This document shows positions 26,316 to 38,698 of a DNA stretch of 64,000 bases, piece after piece. The notes below the pieces were generated by a model. It searched no databases and was not told the DNA's origin. It saw only the letters and a list, made by a program, of their open reading frames with translations. The translations under genes were made by a program, and so were the position numbers. How positions within the stretch are numbered: the stretch's first letter is position 1; each line of letters begins with the position of its first letter. Location of the stretch: the NCBI GenBank assembly GCA_051362555.1, contig CM120646.1:8742001-8806000 (forward strand), written 5' to 3'. The stretch is from Lingula anatina (lineage: Eukaryota > Animalia > Brachiopoda).

Positions 26316-26710
26316 ATAGAGAACAACTAAGACGAAGGACGAACATGTGCACTACATCATCACTTTGTGCTTATCATAACCTTGTTTTTCGTAGTTCTTT
26401 CTTCCAATTTACGAAGATTTTATGAATTCCTCGTCAAAAAAAGTAAGTACCAATTGAGTTCGTTCACACATTAATACACGTTTGATAACGCGTTAAATCA
26501 CATGTTTCTTTGTATGATTGCCTTCAAGTTGGTTTATCATAAGTGAAAACGAATATAAAATCGCTACAAATTGAGCATTTTTTTCTCATCCTGCTCTATT
26601 GTTTTTGTATACCTTGTTCGGTGTTTAAGAAACAGCCGCTACAACTTATGATGTATGAACCTAGTTTTCGTATTTCGTCTTCATTGTTCGTCGTTTGCTT
26701 AACCTCTAAT
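26316..26710. mobile_element. Possible old TIR element with TAGAG-like ends
   Basis: TAGAG..AAGACGAAGGACGAAC versus GTTCGTCGTTTGCTTAACCTCTA; imperfect match only. Confidence 0.3.
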
Positions 26711-26773
26711 AATGGATCATAACAAGAGCAGGTCCAGGTCCAAAATATTTACTTTTGGACAAAATGTGTTGAT

Positions 26774-26937
26774 TTACTGTTCTTTTGTTGTAGGCATCAA
26801 ATTTTCTCCAGCACCAGGTTTGTCCTCTTCAACATTTAATTCTCTAATTTCTTTCTCAGCCTCTTTTACTGTATTCATACTTTCTAATACAGCTTCTTGT
26901 TCTTGCTTTAGACGTCCTTGTTCCTTTTGGTACTGCT
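26774..26937 (-). CDS. ANKMY2: ANKMY2 terminal coding exon
   Basis: tttcacag acceptor; phase 1 joins the previous exon (G+AG=E); EQYQKEQGRLKQEQE...TTKEQ* charged tail after the MYND finger. Confidence 0.75.
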
Positions 26938-27088
26938 CTGTGAAAAAAATTAGACAAGAGTAGTAATTCAATAGGACTAGAGCCATTTTAGATCATTGCG
27001 TCGTTACTGCATATATATCCATCAACAAGAACTTTTTTATTCGCCTTAGATTTGAATTACCTTGTACAAATATATTTAACAAGATTAA

Positions 27089-27621
27089 GGCTCCGTTCAC
27101 ATGGAAAATCTTTTTTTTCTAAAAATCTAAAAATCTATTTTCAGTATCTTGTGATCGCGGTCTGTGCCCTGGATACCCGCAGCGTAATTACTGGCAGTGC
27201 GAGCCAGTTACTTAATTCCAAAGCTGTAATCATTTCTTGGCTGCTCTCGGAGGAGATCCCTAGTTCGCATTCTATAAAATCTCATCCTCCGTTGCCACAT
27301 CGCTTGCCATCGGATCATGGCGGTTGCACTCATATCTGTCATGTGTATAGCTTCTTCATCTTCTTCGTCTTGTTGTTGCAGAAAATCGACAAACACATTT
27401 TTCAAAGCAACCGCGACCGCCATTTACTTTCTATCTTCCTACTGCGCATGCGTCAAGGTATCAGAATCTCCTCCGAGCGCAGCCGAGAATTAATTACAGC
27501 TTTGGAAGTAACTCGCTCACGCTGCCAGTAATTACGCCGCGGGGTATCCAGGGCACAGACCGTGATCACAAGATACTGAAAATAGATTTTTAGAAAATAG
27601 AATTTCCATGTGAACGGAGCC
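27089..27621. mobile_element. PIF/Harbinger deletion derivative with ~130-bp TIRs and TAA TSD
   Basis: TAA|GGCTCCGTTCACATGGAAA...TTTCCATGTGAACGGAGCC|TAA; an internal acidic ORF fragment (27208-27423, -) resembles a transposase N-terminus. Confidence 0.85.
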
Positions 27622-27640
27622 TAAGATAAAAGTCTAGCCC

Positions 27641-27677
<37 letters not shown>

Positions 27678-28355
27678 GCAGATAAATAAATACGTGTCTA
27701 ATACACATTGGTCATTCAGCACTGCGTATGTGACACATGGTTTATCATGTATGTACTTTGTTGTTGAAAATGTGACAAAATTGAACCTATTGAAATGGGC
27801 TTTGCTCAACTCTCATCTGAGAAATACAAACCCAGGACTAAGGGTACTCTTTGGACAGAATTTGGAAAACAGGGGCAAGTGTATGGAGGATGTAAAATAC
27901 GTAGTACGGTAATAACTGAAAATAAGGGGAGGCCTCTTTTTCCATCTCTCTATAATTTCCTTGCTGCCAGCAAGTACTCAAAGGGGTGTGACTTCCCAGT
28001 CCAATGGGTAATTAGGCCTCTCACCATATTCTGCCAAAGATCATTAAGCCAGCCTGTAATTATCACACTTGCCCATGGTAGTTTTAATATGCAATTTTTC
28101 CTGTAAGCTTCGAATGATACAAAGAATATATGTACACAAAATATTTCCCTTAACTGTAATACTAGTATATTTACTAACCAGCAGTAAACAAGACCTTTCA
28201 AGAAATAGGTCACTGCTTGAATCATGCATATGCACTGCCATGCATTTCCCTAAGCAGTATATCCATGCATCTCTAGTGTGTGTTTGAAAGTGAATACCAA
28301 TTTCTTGAGTCTACTTTTCTTGAAGGTATATGCTGGCGGCAAAATACTTTTTATT

Positions 28356-28493
28356 TAAACTTAAGTATATTTTAATTAGTAGTGTAGAGAGCCTATAAAT
28401 TTGTATTTAAACTTAAGTATATTTTAATTAATGGTGTAGAGAGCCTATAAATGTACAATCATTTCATGTGCTCAATAAATTATTATTATTATT
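28356..28493 (+). mobile_element. Short 5'-truncated retroposon 3' end with (TTA)n tail and 15-bp TSD
   Basis: AAAATACTTTTTATT at 28341-28355 and 28494-28508; AATAAA followed by (TTA)n; internal ~52-bp tandem duplication. Confidence 0.65.
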
Positions 28494-28514
28494 AAAATAC
28501 TTTTTATTGTTATT

Positions 28515-29197
28515 GATTCTAAATTCTTATAACATTGTAATTTTCACTATCTCCTCTTAGACCATTGCAGATAGGAAACTGAAACTTTTGGAATTGGTAG
28601 ATCCATCATCAGGGATGTGCATGGGCACTTCGGAATTTTAGTGCCACAGGGTGTTGGGCTTTCCTCGGGGGGGGGTTGATTCTAAATTCTTTTCATATTG
28701 TAATTTCTTTTATCTCCCCCTAGACCATTAGAGTTAGGAAGCTGAAACTTTGGTGAATAGTATACCCATCATCAGGGATGTACATGGGCACTTTGGAATT
28801 TTAGTGCCACCGGGGTTTGGGCTGTCCCCAGGGGGTGGTTGATTCTAAATTTTTATCACATTGAAATTTCTGCTATCTCCTCCTAGACTATCAGAGTTAG
28901 GAAGCTGAAACTTTGGTGAATAGTTTACCCATCATCAGGGATGTGCATGCACTTTGGAATTTTAGTGCCATAGGGGGTTGGGCTGTACCCTGGGGGGGGG
29001 GGGGGGGTTGATTCTAAATTCTTAAGACATTGTAATTTCTGCCATCTGCCCTAGACCATTAGAGTTAGGAAGTTGAAACTTTAGTGATTTGTATACCCAT
29101 CATCAGGGAGGTGCATGGGCACTTAAGAATTTTAGTGTAACAGGGGGTTTGGCTGTCCCCGGGGGGGTGGTTGATTCTAAATTCTTTTAACATTGTA
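28515..29197. repeat. ~165-bp tandem repeat, about 4 units
   Basis: GATTCTAAATT recurs at about 28515, 28678, 28841, 29010 and 29173, with a variable G-run. Confidence 0.9.
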
Positions 29198-29919
29198 GAT
29201 TTTTTTACATTTATATTTTTAAATACCTTTGGTTGAAGCAGTAATGTGTGTGTATGTGTGTATGTGTGTGCGTACATGCGTGTGTGGTAAGTGGTCCCTA
29301 GGTGTGAGCTGCTCTATGGGGAAGTGCAGGGATATGCGATGGCCACCCATCAACACCATCTAGTTTCAGATGTATCACAGCCAGAGTAAGTGGACACTGT
29401 ACGTGGCAGACAAGCTACCTCATTTCTAATTTCAGGAAGCAAAAATAACAGCTGTTATATTTAATTTAAAAAGAAACACCCTAGCCACTGTACACAATGT
29501 GCCATTTCACAAGAAACCCAACAAAAAATCAGCAAGTTGAGGGTCAACAGATTTTAATGAAAATTGGTCTGAAAATGTGCCCTTAGGAGTTCTGAACTTC
29601 TGTGAAGTAAAATGGAAAAATATCCATTCTTGGCAAAAATATGGGGTGTGCAATATTTGCACTGGTTTTGCCCTAAAAATACCAGTTTCACTCTCCTTTT
29701 AATATGTTACATGTACAAGATAATTTTTAAAAGTAATAAAATATTTGATACTAGAGAGTATCACGGAGAATATAATCGATTCACTTTGGAAGAGTGCTCT
29801 ACCCATGGTGACAGACCATGGGTAGCTGATACAGAAAGACAAACCGAACAAAGTTAATCTGATATCTCCAAGTTATATAAATATGAATATTAATTTTAAT
29901 ATTAATATAAATATTAAAA

Positions 29920-30420
29920 ATTCGTTAGAAAATCATAAAAAATAACGATTTAGTGAAAAAACACCAATTTCCCCATTGATTTGAATGGGGACTTCCGACT
30001 AGTGCGTCACGCAGGGTGTAACACACTTTGACTTGGCATAGTTCTCTTATTTGGTCAGTGACCCCCCAATTTTTTTGACAAAATTTAAATGAACTTGGAT
30101 GACTTTTTACAAAAAAGTTTTTAAAAAAAAATTCAAACTTTAGAAAAATCACAAAAAAAAACGTTTTGGTGAAAAACGCCCATTTTCCCATTGATTTGAA
30201 TGGGGACTAGTGCGTCACGCAGGGTGTAATGCACCTCAATTTGGCATAGTTCTCTTATTTGGTTGGTGACCCCCCATTTTTTTGGCAAAATTTACATGTA
30301 CGTGGATGCCTCTTTACACAAATTAAAAAAAAAAATTCGAACGTCAGAAAGTCATAAAAAAAAACGTTTTGGTGAAAAACGCCCATTTTCCCATTGATTT
30401 GAATGGGGACTGGTGCGATA
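29920..30420. repeat. ~210-bp tandem repeat, about 2.5 units
   Basis: CCCATTGATTTGAATGGGGACT recurs near 29972, 30187 and 30391. Confidence 0.8.
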
Positions 30421-30898
30421 TGCAGCAACCCTTATAAGAATTTGTACAATGCACACCCATTTCAAACTTTTAAAATTGGTTAAATGTTAACTGTGGTCAT
30501 ATACCTTTAAAAGTGGTTTCAACTTTCCAACATGTCTGGCTTGCAGTAAAAAGGAACACAATTTGTTTGGGAGGCAAGTAGCAGTTCCTTTGTTCTCAAA
30601 AGACTGAGGCAAGATCATACTTTTTGTGTACCTTTAAAGTTAAATTTATTGAAAAATTCAGTTTAGGTTAAATGATATTTGTTTTTATTTATTTCCATCT
30701 CTTATTAAAAAAGAAAATCAATTGCTTTAAAATAAAAATATATAAATTAAAAAGGCACCATGACCAATTATAAAAAATACAAAAGACACTACATAGCCAT
30801 TCATAAAACTAAACACTTTTAGCACAAATACAGTGACAGATTCTATAATCTTATATTTACATCATTTCAAGTTAAAAAAAATGAATGAAGAAAAAATG

Positions 30899-33800
30899 AA
30901 CTAGAGGATCAGAGAGGCGATATTGCCTCCGGATATTGTACCGCCAGCTGGAGTAAGCGCATTCGAATGGACCCCCCCCCCCCCCCCAAAAAAAAAAAAA
31001 AGGGACATCACCACCAGTCTTGTGCTTAACAAGCTCTATAAAATGCAATCAACAAAAGTTCTCGAAATATGCAAAAAACTAGAGGATCAGAGAGGCGATA
31101 CCGCCTCCGAATATTGTACCACCAGCTGGAGCAAGCGCATTCGTATAGACCCCCCACATACACAAAATAAGGGACACAGCCACCAGTCTTATGCTTGACA
31201 AGCTATAAAAATGCAATCAACAAGAATTTTTAAAATACGCAAAAAATATATATGACTTAAAATGGTACAATCAAAGTTAAGTTAAGGTAGGTCAAAGGTC
31301 AATTTCAAGGTGACATTTAGATTGCCAGTATATGACTTCCTATTCAACTTCAATAGTAACTATGGACCTATCTCTGCCAGGTTTGGAGTTAAAAGAGAAA
31401 GAATTTAGCAGAGTTCAGTTCATGGTGAAAAGTAGGTCAAAGGTCAATTTTAAGGTCACATTTAGATTGCCAGTATATGACTTCCTATTCAACTTCAATA
31501 GTAACTATGGACCTATCTCTGCTAGTTTTGGAGATAAAAGGGAACCAAAATTTCCAAAGTTCAGTTCATGGTGAAAAGTAGGTCAAAGGTCAATTTCAAG
31601 GTCACAATTAGATTGCCAGTACATGACTTCCTATTCAACGTCAATAGTAACTATGGACTTATCTCTGCCAGTTTTGGAGATATAAGGGACTAAATGTTAT
31701 AATTTTGGAGTTACCATAATGTGCCATAAATTTCCTACGGAAAAAATTAATCAAAATAAAGAAAAGGTCATTTTGGAAAAAAAAAAACTTGAAATGGGAG
31801 GTGCTCTGAAGTTCCAGATGTTCAAATTTGATGAAATAATGTCATTTTCGACCACAAGTTGCCTGCTTTGCCAAGCCTTATGTTTTATTTTTACGGAGTT
31901 CAAAATTTATTATCCATTACCGTACTGCACATTTTGCTTTAACCACCAAAATGTACTTTTTGATACAGTGTAACTTTGGAGATAAAAGGGAAGCAAAATT
32001 TGCAAGGTTCAGCTCATGATGAAAAGTAGGTCAAAGGTCAATTTCAAGGTCACAGTAAGATTGCCAGTATAAACCTACTATTCAAGTTCAATAGTAACTA
32101 TGGACCTATCTCTGCCAGTTTTGGAGATAAAAGGGAACCAAAATTTGCAAAGTTCAGTTCATGGTGAAAAGTAGGTCAAAGGTAAATTTTAAGGTCACAT
32201 TAAGATTGCTAGTATATGACTTCCTATTCAACTTCAATAGTAACTATGGACCTATCTCTGCTAGTTTTGGAGATAAAAGGGAACCAAAATTTCCAAAGTT
32301 CAGTTCATGGTGGAAAGTAGGTCAAAGGTCAATTTCAAGGCCACATTTAGATTGCCAGTACATGACTTCCTATTCAACGTCAATAGTAACTATGGACTTA
32401 TCTCTGCCAGTTTTGGAGATATAAGGGACTAAATGTTATAATTTTGGAGTTACCATAATGTGCCATAAATTTCCTACAGAAAAAATTAATTAAAATAAAG
32501 AAAAGGTCATTTTGGTAAAAATTCCTGAAATGGGAGGTGCTCTGAAGTTTCAAATGTTCAAATTTGATGAAATAATGTCATTTTCGACCACAAGTTGCCT
32601 GCTTTGCCCAGCCTTATGTTTTATTTTTACGGAGTTCAAAATTTATTATCCATTACCGTACTGCACATTTTGCTTTAACCACCAAAATGTACTTTTTGAT
32701 ACAGCGTAACTTTGGAGATAAAAGGGAAGCAAAATTTGCAAAGTTCAGTTCATCATGAAAAGTAGGTCAAAGGTCAATTTCAAGGTCACAGTAAGATTGC
32801 CAATATATGACTTCCTATTCAACTTCAATAGTAACTATGGACCTATCTCTGCCAGGTTTGGAGTTAAAAGAGAAAGAAATTAGCAGAGTTCAGTTCATGG
32901 TGAAAAGTAGGTCAAAGGTCAATTTTAAGGTCACATTTAGATTGCCAGTATATGACTTCCTATTCAACTTCAATAGTAACTATGGACCTATCTCTGCTAG
33001 TTTTGGAGATAAAAGGAAAGCAAAATTTCCAAAGTTCAGTTCATGGTGAAAAGTAGGTCAAAGGTCAATTTAAAGGTCACATTTAGATTGCCAGTATATG
33101 ACTTCCTATTCAACTTCAATAGTAACTATGGACCTATCTCTGCCAGTTTTGGAGATAAAAGGGAACCAAAATTTGCAAAGTTCAGTTCATGGTGAAAAGT
33201 AGGTCAAAGGTCAATTTCAAGGTCACAGTAAGATTGCCAGTATATGACTTCCTATTCAACTTCAATAGTAACTATGGACCTATCTCTGCCAGTTTTGGAG
33301 ATATAAGGGACTAAATGTTATAATTTCGGAGTTACAATAATGTGCCTTAAATTTCGTACAGAAAAAATTAATTAAAATAAAGAAAAGGTCATTTTGGTTG
33401 AAATTCTTGAAATGGGAGGTGCTCAGAAGTTCCAGATGTTCAAATTTCATGAAATAATATCATTTTTGACCACAAGTTGTCTGCTTTGCCAAGCCTTATG
33501 TTTTATTTTTCCAGAGTTCAAAATTTATTATCCATTACCGTACTGCACATTTTGCTTTCACCACCAATATGGACTTTTTGATACAGCGTAACTCGAAAAC
33601 CGTATGGAATACAAAAAAACGGAGACCAACTCCAGTGTTGGGCTTTACATGCTCTACAAAATGCAAAAAAGAATGGGTCTCTAGCATTAACGGTTCCCGA
33701 ATTACAGACAGTTTTCAGTTTCGGTATCTTATGGCCGCTACACCCGTGAAAATGCACCGATTGACCCCAAATTCACACAGATGAAAGATGACCTGAAGGG

Positions 33801-35270
33801 TAATATTTTCCAATAATTTTATTGGTTAAGTCTGTGTGGTGTCTGAATAACAGCGCAAATTAATTTTTTTTCGTAAAAAAATTCATTTTTTTGAAAATTT
33901 TTGCCCGTTTGACCTTGAAATAAAGGTCAAAGGTCGAATCCAAGGGCATATTTGAAATCTACACATATGACTTTTGGAAAGCCGTCTGTAGAAATTTTTC
34001 CCATAATTCCTTCCGTAGGGTAGATAATTAGCATTTAATTTTGCCATTTTTGGACAAGGGTGCATTGCAATGAGTGCCACACCTAGACCCCAATACCGAC
34101 AAAGCCCAAATTTTATGTGGAACGAGTTGAGATTATAGGTGACCTAAATCCAAGAGATGGGTATGGGGGCCCTTACCGTCTAGGAGGAGAAGCGGTAACG
34201 GTAACATGGCGGCGGAGCCGCAGGAGCCGGCGGAGCCAGCGGAGCCGGCGGAACATACGGGTCGGGACTAAAACCATGGGTACCGCCAGCGCCTACGCTG
34301 GTGGTACAAATATAATTAAAAATGGTACAATCAAGCAGATTTTTGAATTGATCTATATTTTCCTAACATTGATCACTCATGTGATTCTCTAGACAATAGA
34401 CCTATTGGTTTTCCTTGAAATGTGTTGTCAGTGTTGCATATATGCTGACAAAAGAAAAAACCTAGGGGCAACACTGGGCATATCTCTGCTAGTTTTGAAG
34501 ATATGAGGGACAAGAAAATATGCAAAGCTCTGTTCATGGTGAAAAAGTAGGTCAAAGGTCAATTTCAATGTCACAGTATATGACTTCCTATTCAAGTTCA
34601 ATAGTAACCATGGACATTTCTTTGCCAATTTTGGAGATTTAAAGGCCAGAAAAAGTGCAAAAAGCAGTTCATCATAAAAAGTTGGTCAAAGGTCAATTTC
34701 AAGGTTACAGTTATATAGCCAGTGTACGACTTCCTATTCAAGTTCAACAGCAACTTTGGGTGTATCTCTGTGGAGATGAAAGATGACCTGAAGGGTAACA
34801 CCTTCCAATAACATTATAGGTTAGGTCTGTGTAGTTTCTGAATATCAGCACAAATAATTTTTTTTTCATAAAAAAATTCATTTTTTTTTTAAATTTTGGC
34901 CCGTTTGACCTTGAAATAAAGGTCAAAGGTCAAATCCAAGGGCATATTTGAAATGTCCACATATGACTTTCGGTCAGCTCTCTGTAGAAATTTTCCCCAT
35001 AATTCCTTCGGTATGATAGATAATTAGCATTTAATTTTGCCATTTTTGGACAAGGGTGCATTGCAATGAACGCCACACCTAGACCCCAGCACCACCAAAG
35101 CCCAAATTTTACGTGGAACAAGTTGAGATTATAGGTGACCTAAATCCAAGAGATGGGTATGCAGGCCCTTACTGTCTAGGAGAAGCGGTAACGGTAACAT
35201 GGCCGCGGAGCTGGCAACGATCAGGACGGGACTAAGACCATGTGTTCCACCAGTGCTACGCTGGTGGTAC
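30899..35270 (-). mobile_element. Helentron-like family B: full copy (30899-34311) plus a tandem partial copy, with 146-bp satellite
   Basis: End AACTAGAGGATCAGAGAGGCGATACCGCCTC (hairpin), duplicated at 30899 and 31078; other-end hairpin GTACCGCCAGCG..CGCTGGTGGTAC near 34280-34308 and 35270; AGGTCAAAGGTCA units at 31289, 31434, 31580 and onward. Confidence 0.75.
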
Positions 35271-35353
35271 AATTATAATTCCGTATTTATCAGAAAGATA
35301 CTAAGCCGAATATCTACAATTTATTTATTTATACAGATTTTCAAATTAAACTT

Positions 35354-37325
35354 AAACAAGGCAGCAAAGCTGTCAAATGTACAGACAAAAAGCAGACAAT
35401 AACAATGCACAAAACAGGCTACTGTCAATTCTGATGCAAAAGTACATTATGCTTAACTGCAAATTCAACATCAAATTTTAATTATGCTCAACAGGTAATA
35501 CCAATGTAAGTGAAATGTGTAACAAGTGTAAGGCTTCAGGCCCATGGTAGTTTAAGTTCACACTTTTAAAATGCCAGAATGAGAAAAATGAAAAATTCAC
35601 ATAAAACTGCTTAAATTCAATAATAAATGATAACCCATTTGAGCTGGCTTTCTTATTTGAACTGCATGCCAATCCTAAAAATCATACTTGTAAGATGAAA
35701 ATAATAATAAGTAACACAGTTTTCTTTTCATAACGTTTGTAGTAGCAGTGCAAAAAGATTTTTGTCAATTTTGATGTAACATTACATAATATATTACAGA
35801 ATAATTATCACCAATTTTTGATTATTGACTATAAATAGCATGGACACGTAGAAAATTTGATTACCATTTGGCTTCATGTCCATGGGAGCTTCGAGTCCCA
35901 CAATGAATATGCCAACATGATAAAAATGAATATTTCACTAAAATGTATAACTTCCAGAAAAAGAAGCCAATTAGACTGCTTTTCCAACTCCGGCTGCATT
36001 TTAGTCCTTTCTTTTTTGAAAGTTTGACAATCATAAGTAACATGGTTTTCCCATAATGGTCATCATGGCAGCAGCACCAAAAATTGTGTTTTCTTCTATT
36101 TTAATGCAATATTACATAATGCTTAACAGCATAATGACCATCAGTTTTAAATAATAAAAGATCCGTATCATGGATTTTCAGAAAATATGATTAGCATGGG
36201 TCTTCAAGCTTGTGGAGGTTCTTAAGTCGCACCTTGAAAATGCCAATATGTGAAAAATTAAATTTTCACAAAAAAAAAAAAGTTTAACTGCCAGAAAAAT
36301 TTACCAAACAAACTGCATTGCCCACTGAAGCTTTATTTAAGTCCCATGTTTCTTTCCTGTAAGTTTGAGAACAGTAAGTGACATGGTTTTCCTTTAATGG
36401 TCATCATGGGAGCAGTGCCCAAAATAGGGGTTTCTTCAAATTTTGATGCAACATAGCATAATGTTTAACAGCATAATGACCATCAATTTTTAATAATAAG
36501 ATATTAGTATCATGGATATTTGGAAAATGTGACTAGCAAAGGTCTTCAGTACCATGGAACTTCAAAGTCACACCTTGAAAATGCCAAAATGTAAACAAGA
36601 CAGCACTGTTCTGAAATGTTTTTTTTTTTCATTTTTAACAATTTTTTAACATAAAACAAAATTAACAGTTTACTGCCATTTTTATATGATCAACTAAGAA
36701 AATTGATGAGATGGGAAAAATATCAATAGAACAGTGTTAAATGTCCAATTTCCTCCATTCTGAGATTCTGAACATAGTGAATGATTTAATCTGACAAACT
36801 GCAATGATATGAGTTTATTTCCATTCTTGACACTTTTTTACACAATACATGATAACAAGTTTACCATCATTCTTACTAAATCAACTAACAATGTTGTAAA
36901 GATGCAGGAAATATGCATATATGCTGAAAAGTGTAAAAAACAGCATAACTACTAAAATAGTGGCCCGATCATGACGATTTTCAAACTTGACCTGCGTTTT
37001 AGTAAGATTGATTACCCCTATCAGTTTTATGACAATAGGCCTATCGGTTTTCCTTGAAACGTGTTAACGATGTTGCATATATGCTGAAAAGTGAAAAAAT
37101 AGCATTACTTCTACAATAATGGCCCGATCATGCTTATTTTCAAACTTAACTTGCGTTTAATGAATACTCATCAGCTCTGTAAATATAAAGCCAAAAAGTA
37201 AAACTGTCTTCCACTTATGGTGTTAATGCTGAAAGTGCAAGGCGACAGCGACATGATCGGCGACGGCGACGACAGACGCAGGTGATGTCAATATGTACAG
37301 ACACATCTGTGTCTGTACATAAAAA
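35354..37325 (-). mobile_element. Helentron-like family A copy with both ends
   Basis: AACAAGGCAGCAAAGCTGTC at 35355; 5' hairpin plus AAAAA at 37325. Confidence 0.8.
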
Positions 37326-38698
37326 TTTATTAATGTTCTCCATGTCATACACCTAATGTTTCATTGATCCGTTTCTTTCATGTCTACCTCTGAAGGGCAT
37401 TTTCAGATGCTTCTTTATCAGTACCATCACTGTGCACCACTTCTAGCTTTTCACATTTGTATAAAATATTTAAACTCACTTGGCCACTCATCAGTTTCTT
37501 GTCTGTTTTTTTTTTTTTTTTTTGGTATTTATCATACTCAGTTGGAGTTTCCTTCTCTCCTGATGAAATTCCTGTCTTACATTCAATGGAGAGAAATAAC
37601 TTGACTGGAGAACATCTCTACTGTCTTAGCATTCCTCAGTCCCCAACCTACTGGAACACTATTGTAGCCTGAACCAACTGACATACAACCTGTCACCTGT
37701 GCAGCTCTGGAGAATCTTATTTCACCCAAATTTTCTACCTCCTTGACTTTAATTCTGTCAATAACTGTTTCCATTCTGATTTTCTTTGAGTGTTGGCTAA
37801 AGGCGACCATTCCCACAGATATTTGGATCAATCTATCTCCCTGGAGAGTTTCACTAAATTGTAAAGCTGTTAGGGGTAATTATCTTTACCCTTTAGCTGA
37901 TTCAGTAGGCGTGACAGACATTTAAGCTGGTTAAGTTTTAAGTTGATAGCAATTGACAGGACTCCCCAGGAAGTTGGACCGATCCAGATGGCATGGAAAC
38001 CCAATCTAAGTCTAAGGCCATCCGCTTTTGTTTTCAGCTGGCAGATAGATTCCTCTAGCAGGGATATGACTGCAAACCAGTTCTGAGTGGCCTTCTCCAC
38101 CAGGGCCCCTATGACAAAGCATTTGTCAGTTAGTGATCAGTCCTTAGCCTCTTATTTGTTGAGTGCTGTTTCAAGAAGCTATCGTTAGTTCGTTTATTGT
38201 CTCATTGTTACCATGGATATTTAACAAGTGTGTCAGACCACTCACAAACCCTAGATTTTAATTTCACATTTACATAAATGAAAGAGTAAGGTTGCTTAGT
38301 TACAGTTTTCTTTCATCTGTCTTTGAAAGCAATATGGCGGCTGCTTTTCTTGCCATCTGTGACCCCAGATAGCAATGGTGATCATGATGTTTTCATCAGA
38401 GGCAGATTCCATTAGAATATATGGATGATGATGAATTTTAGGAATGATTCTGCCTGGTTGTGACAACAAAATTAAAAGTAGTGGAGATGGTGGTTGGAGA
38501 TCCTTTATGACGACCTCAAAGCAGGTGTTACTATGCAGTTTCAGCCGTCAAACGTTTAAAGGTACATATGAACCGAGCATAGGTGGAGCATGGATTCCCA
38601 GTAACACATATAAACCACTTCTACTAGATTTTTATATGACTCAAATAAAGTCAACATGCCAAGGGATAAACTAAATAAATCAGCCTAAAAGAGCTTTA

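Noticed and set aside
27676-28287. Cluster of overlapping 65-103-aa ORFs
   Set aside because: No recognisable motifs or consistent splice structure.
30505-30631. Cryptic AG...GT exon in the last ANKMY2 intron
   Set aside because: Weak acceptor, an immediate stop in the required phase, and no homology recognised.
31332-33784. Repeated 65-87-aa ORFs (MTSYSTSIVTMDLSL and similar)
   Set aside because: Translations of the 146-bp satellite, whose period is not a multiple of 3.
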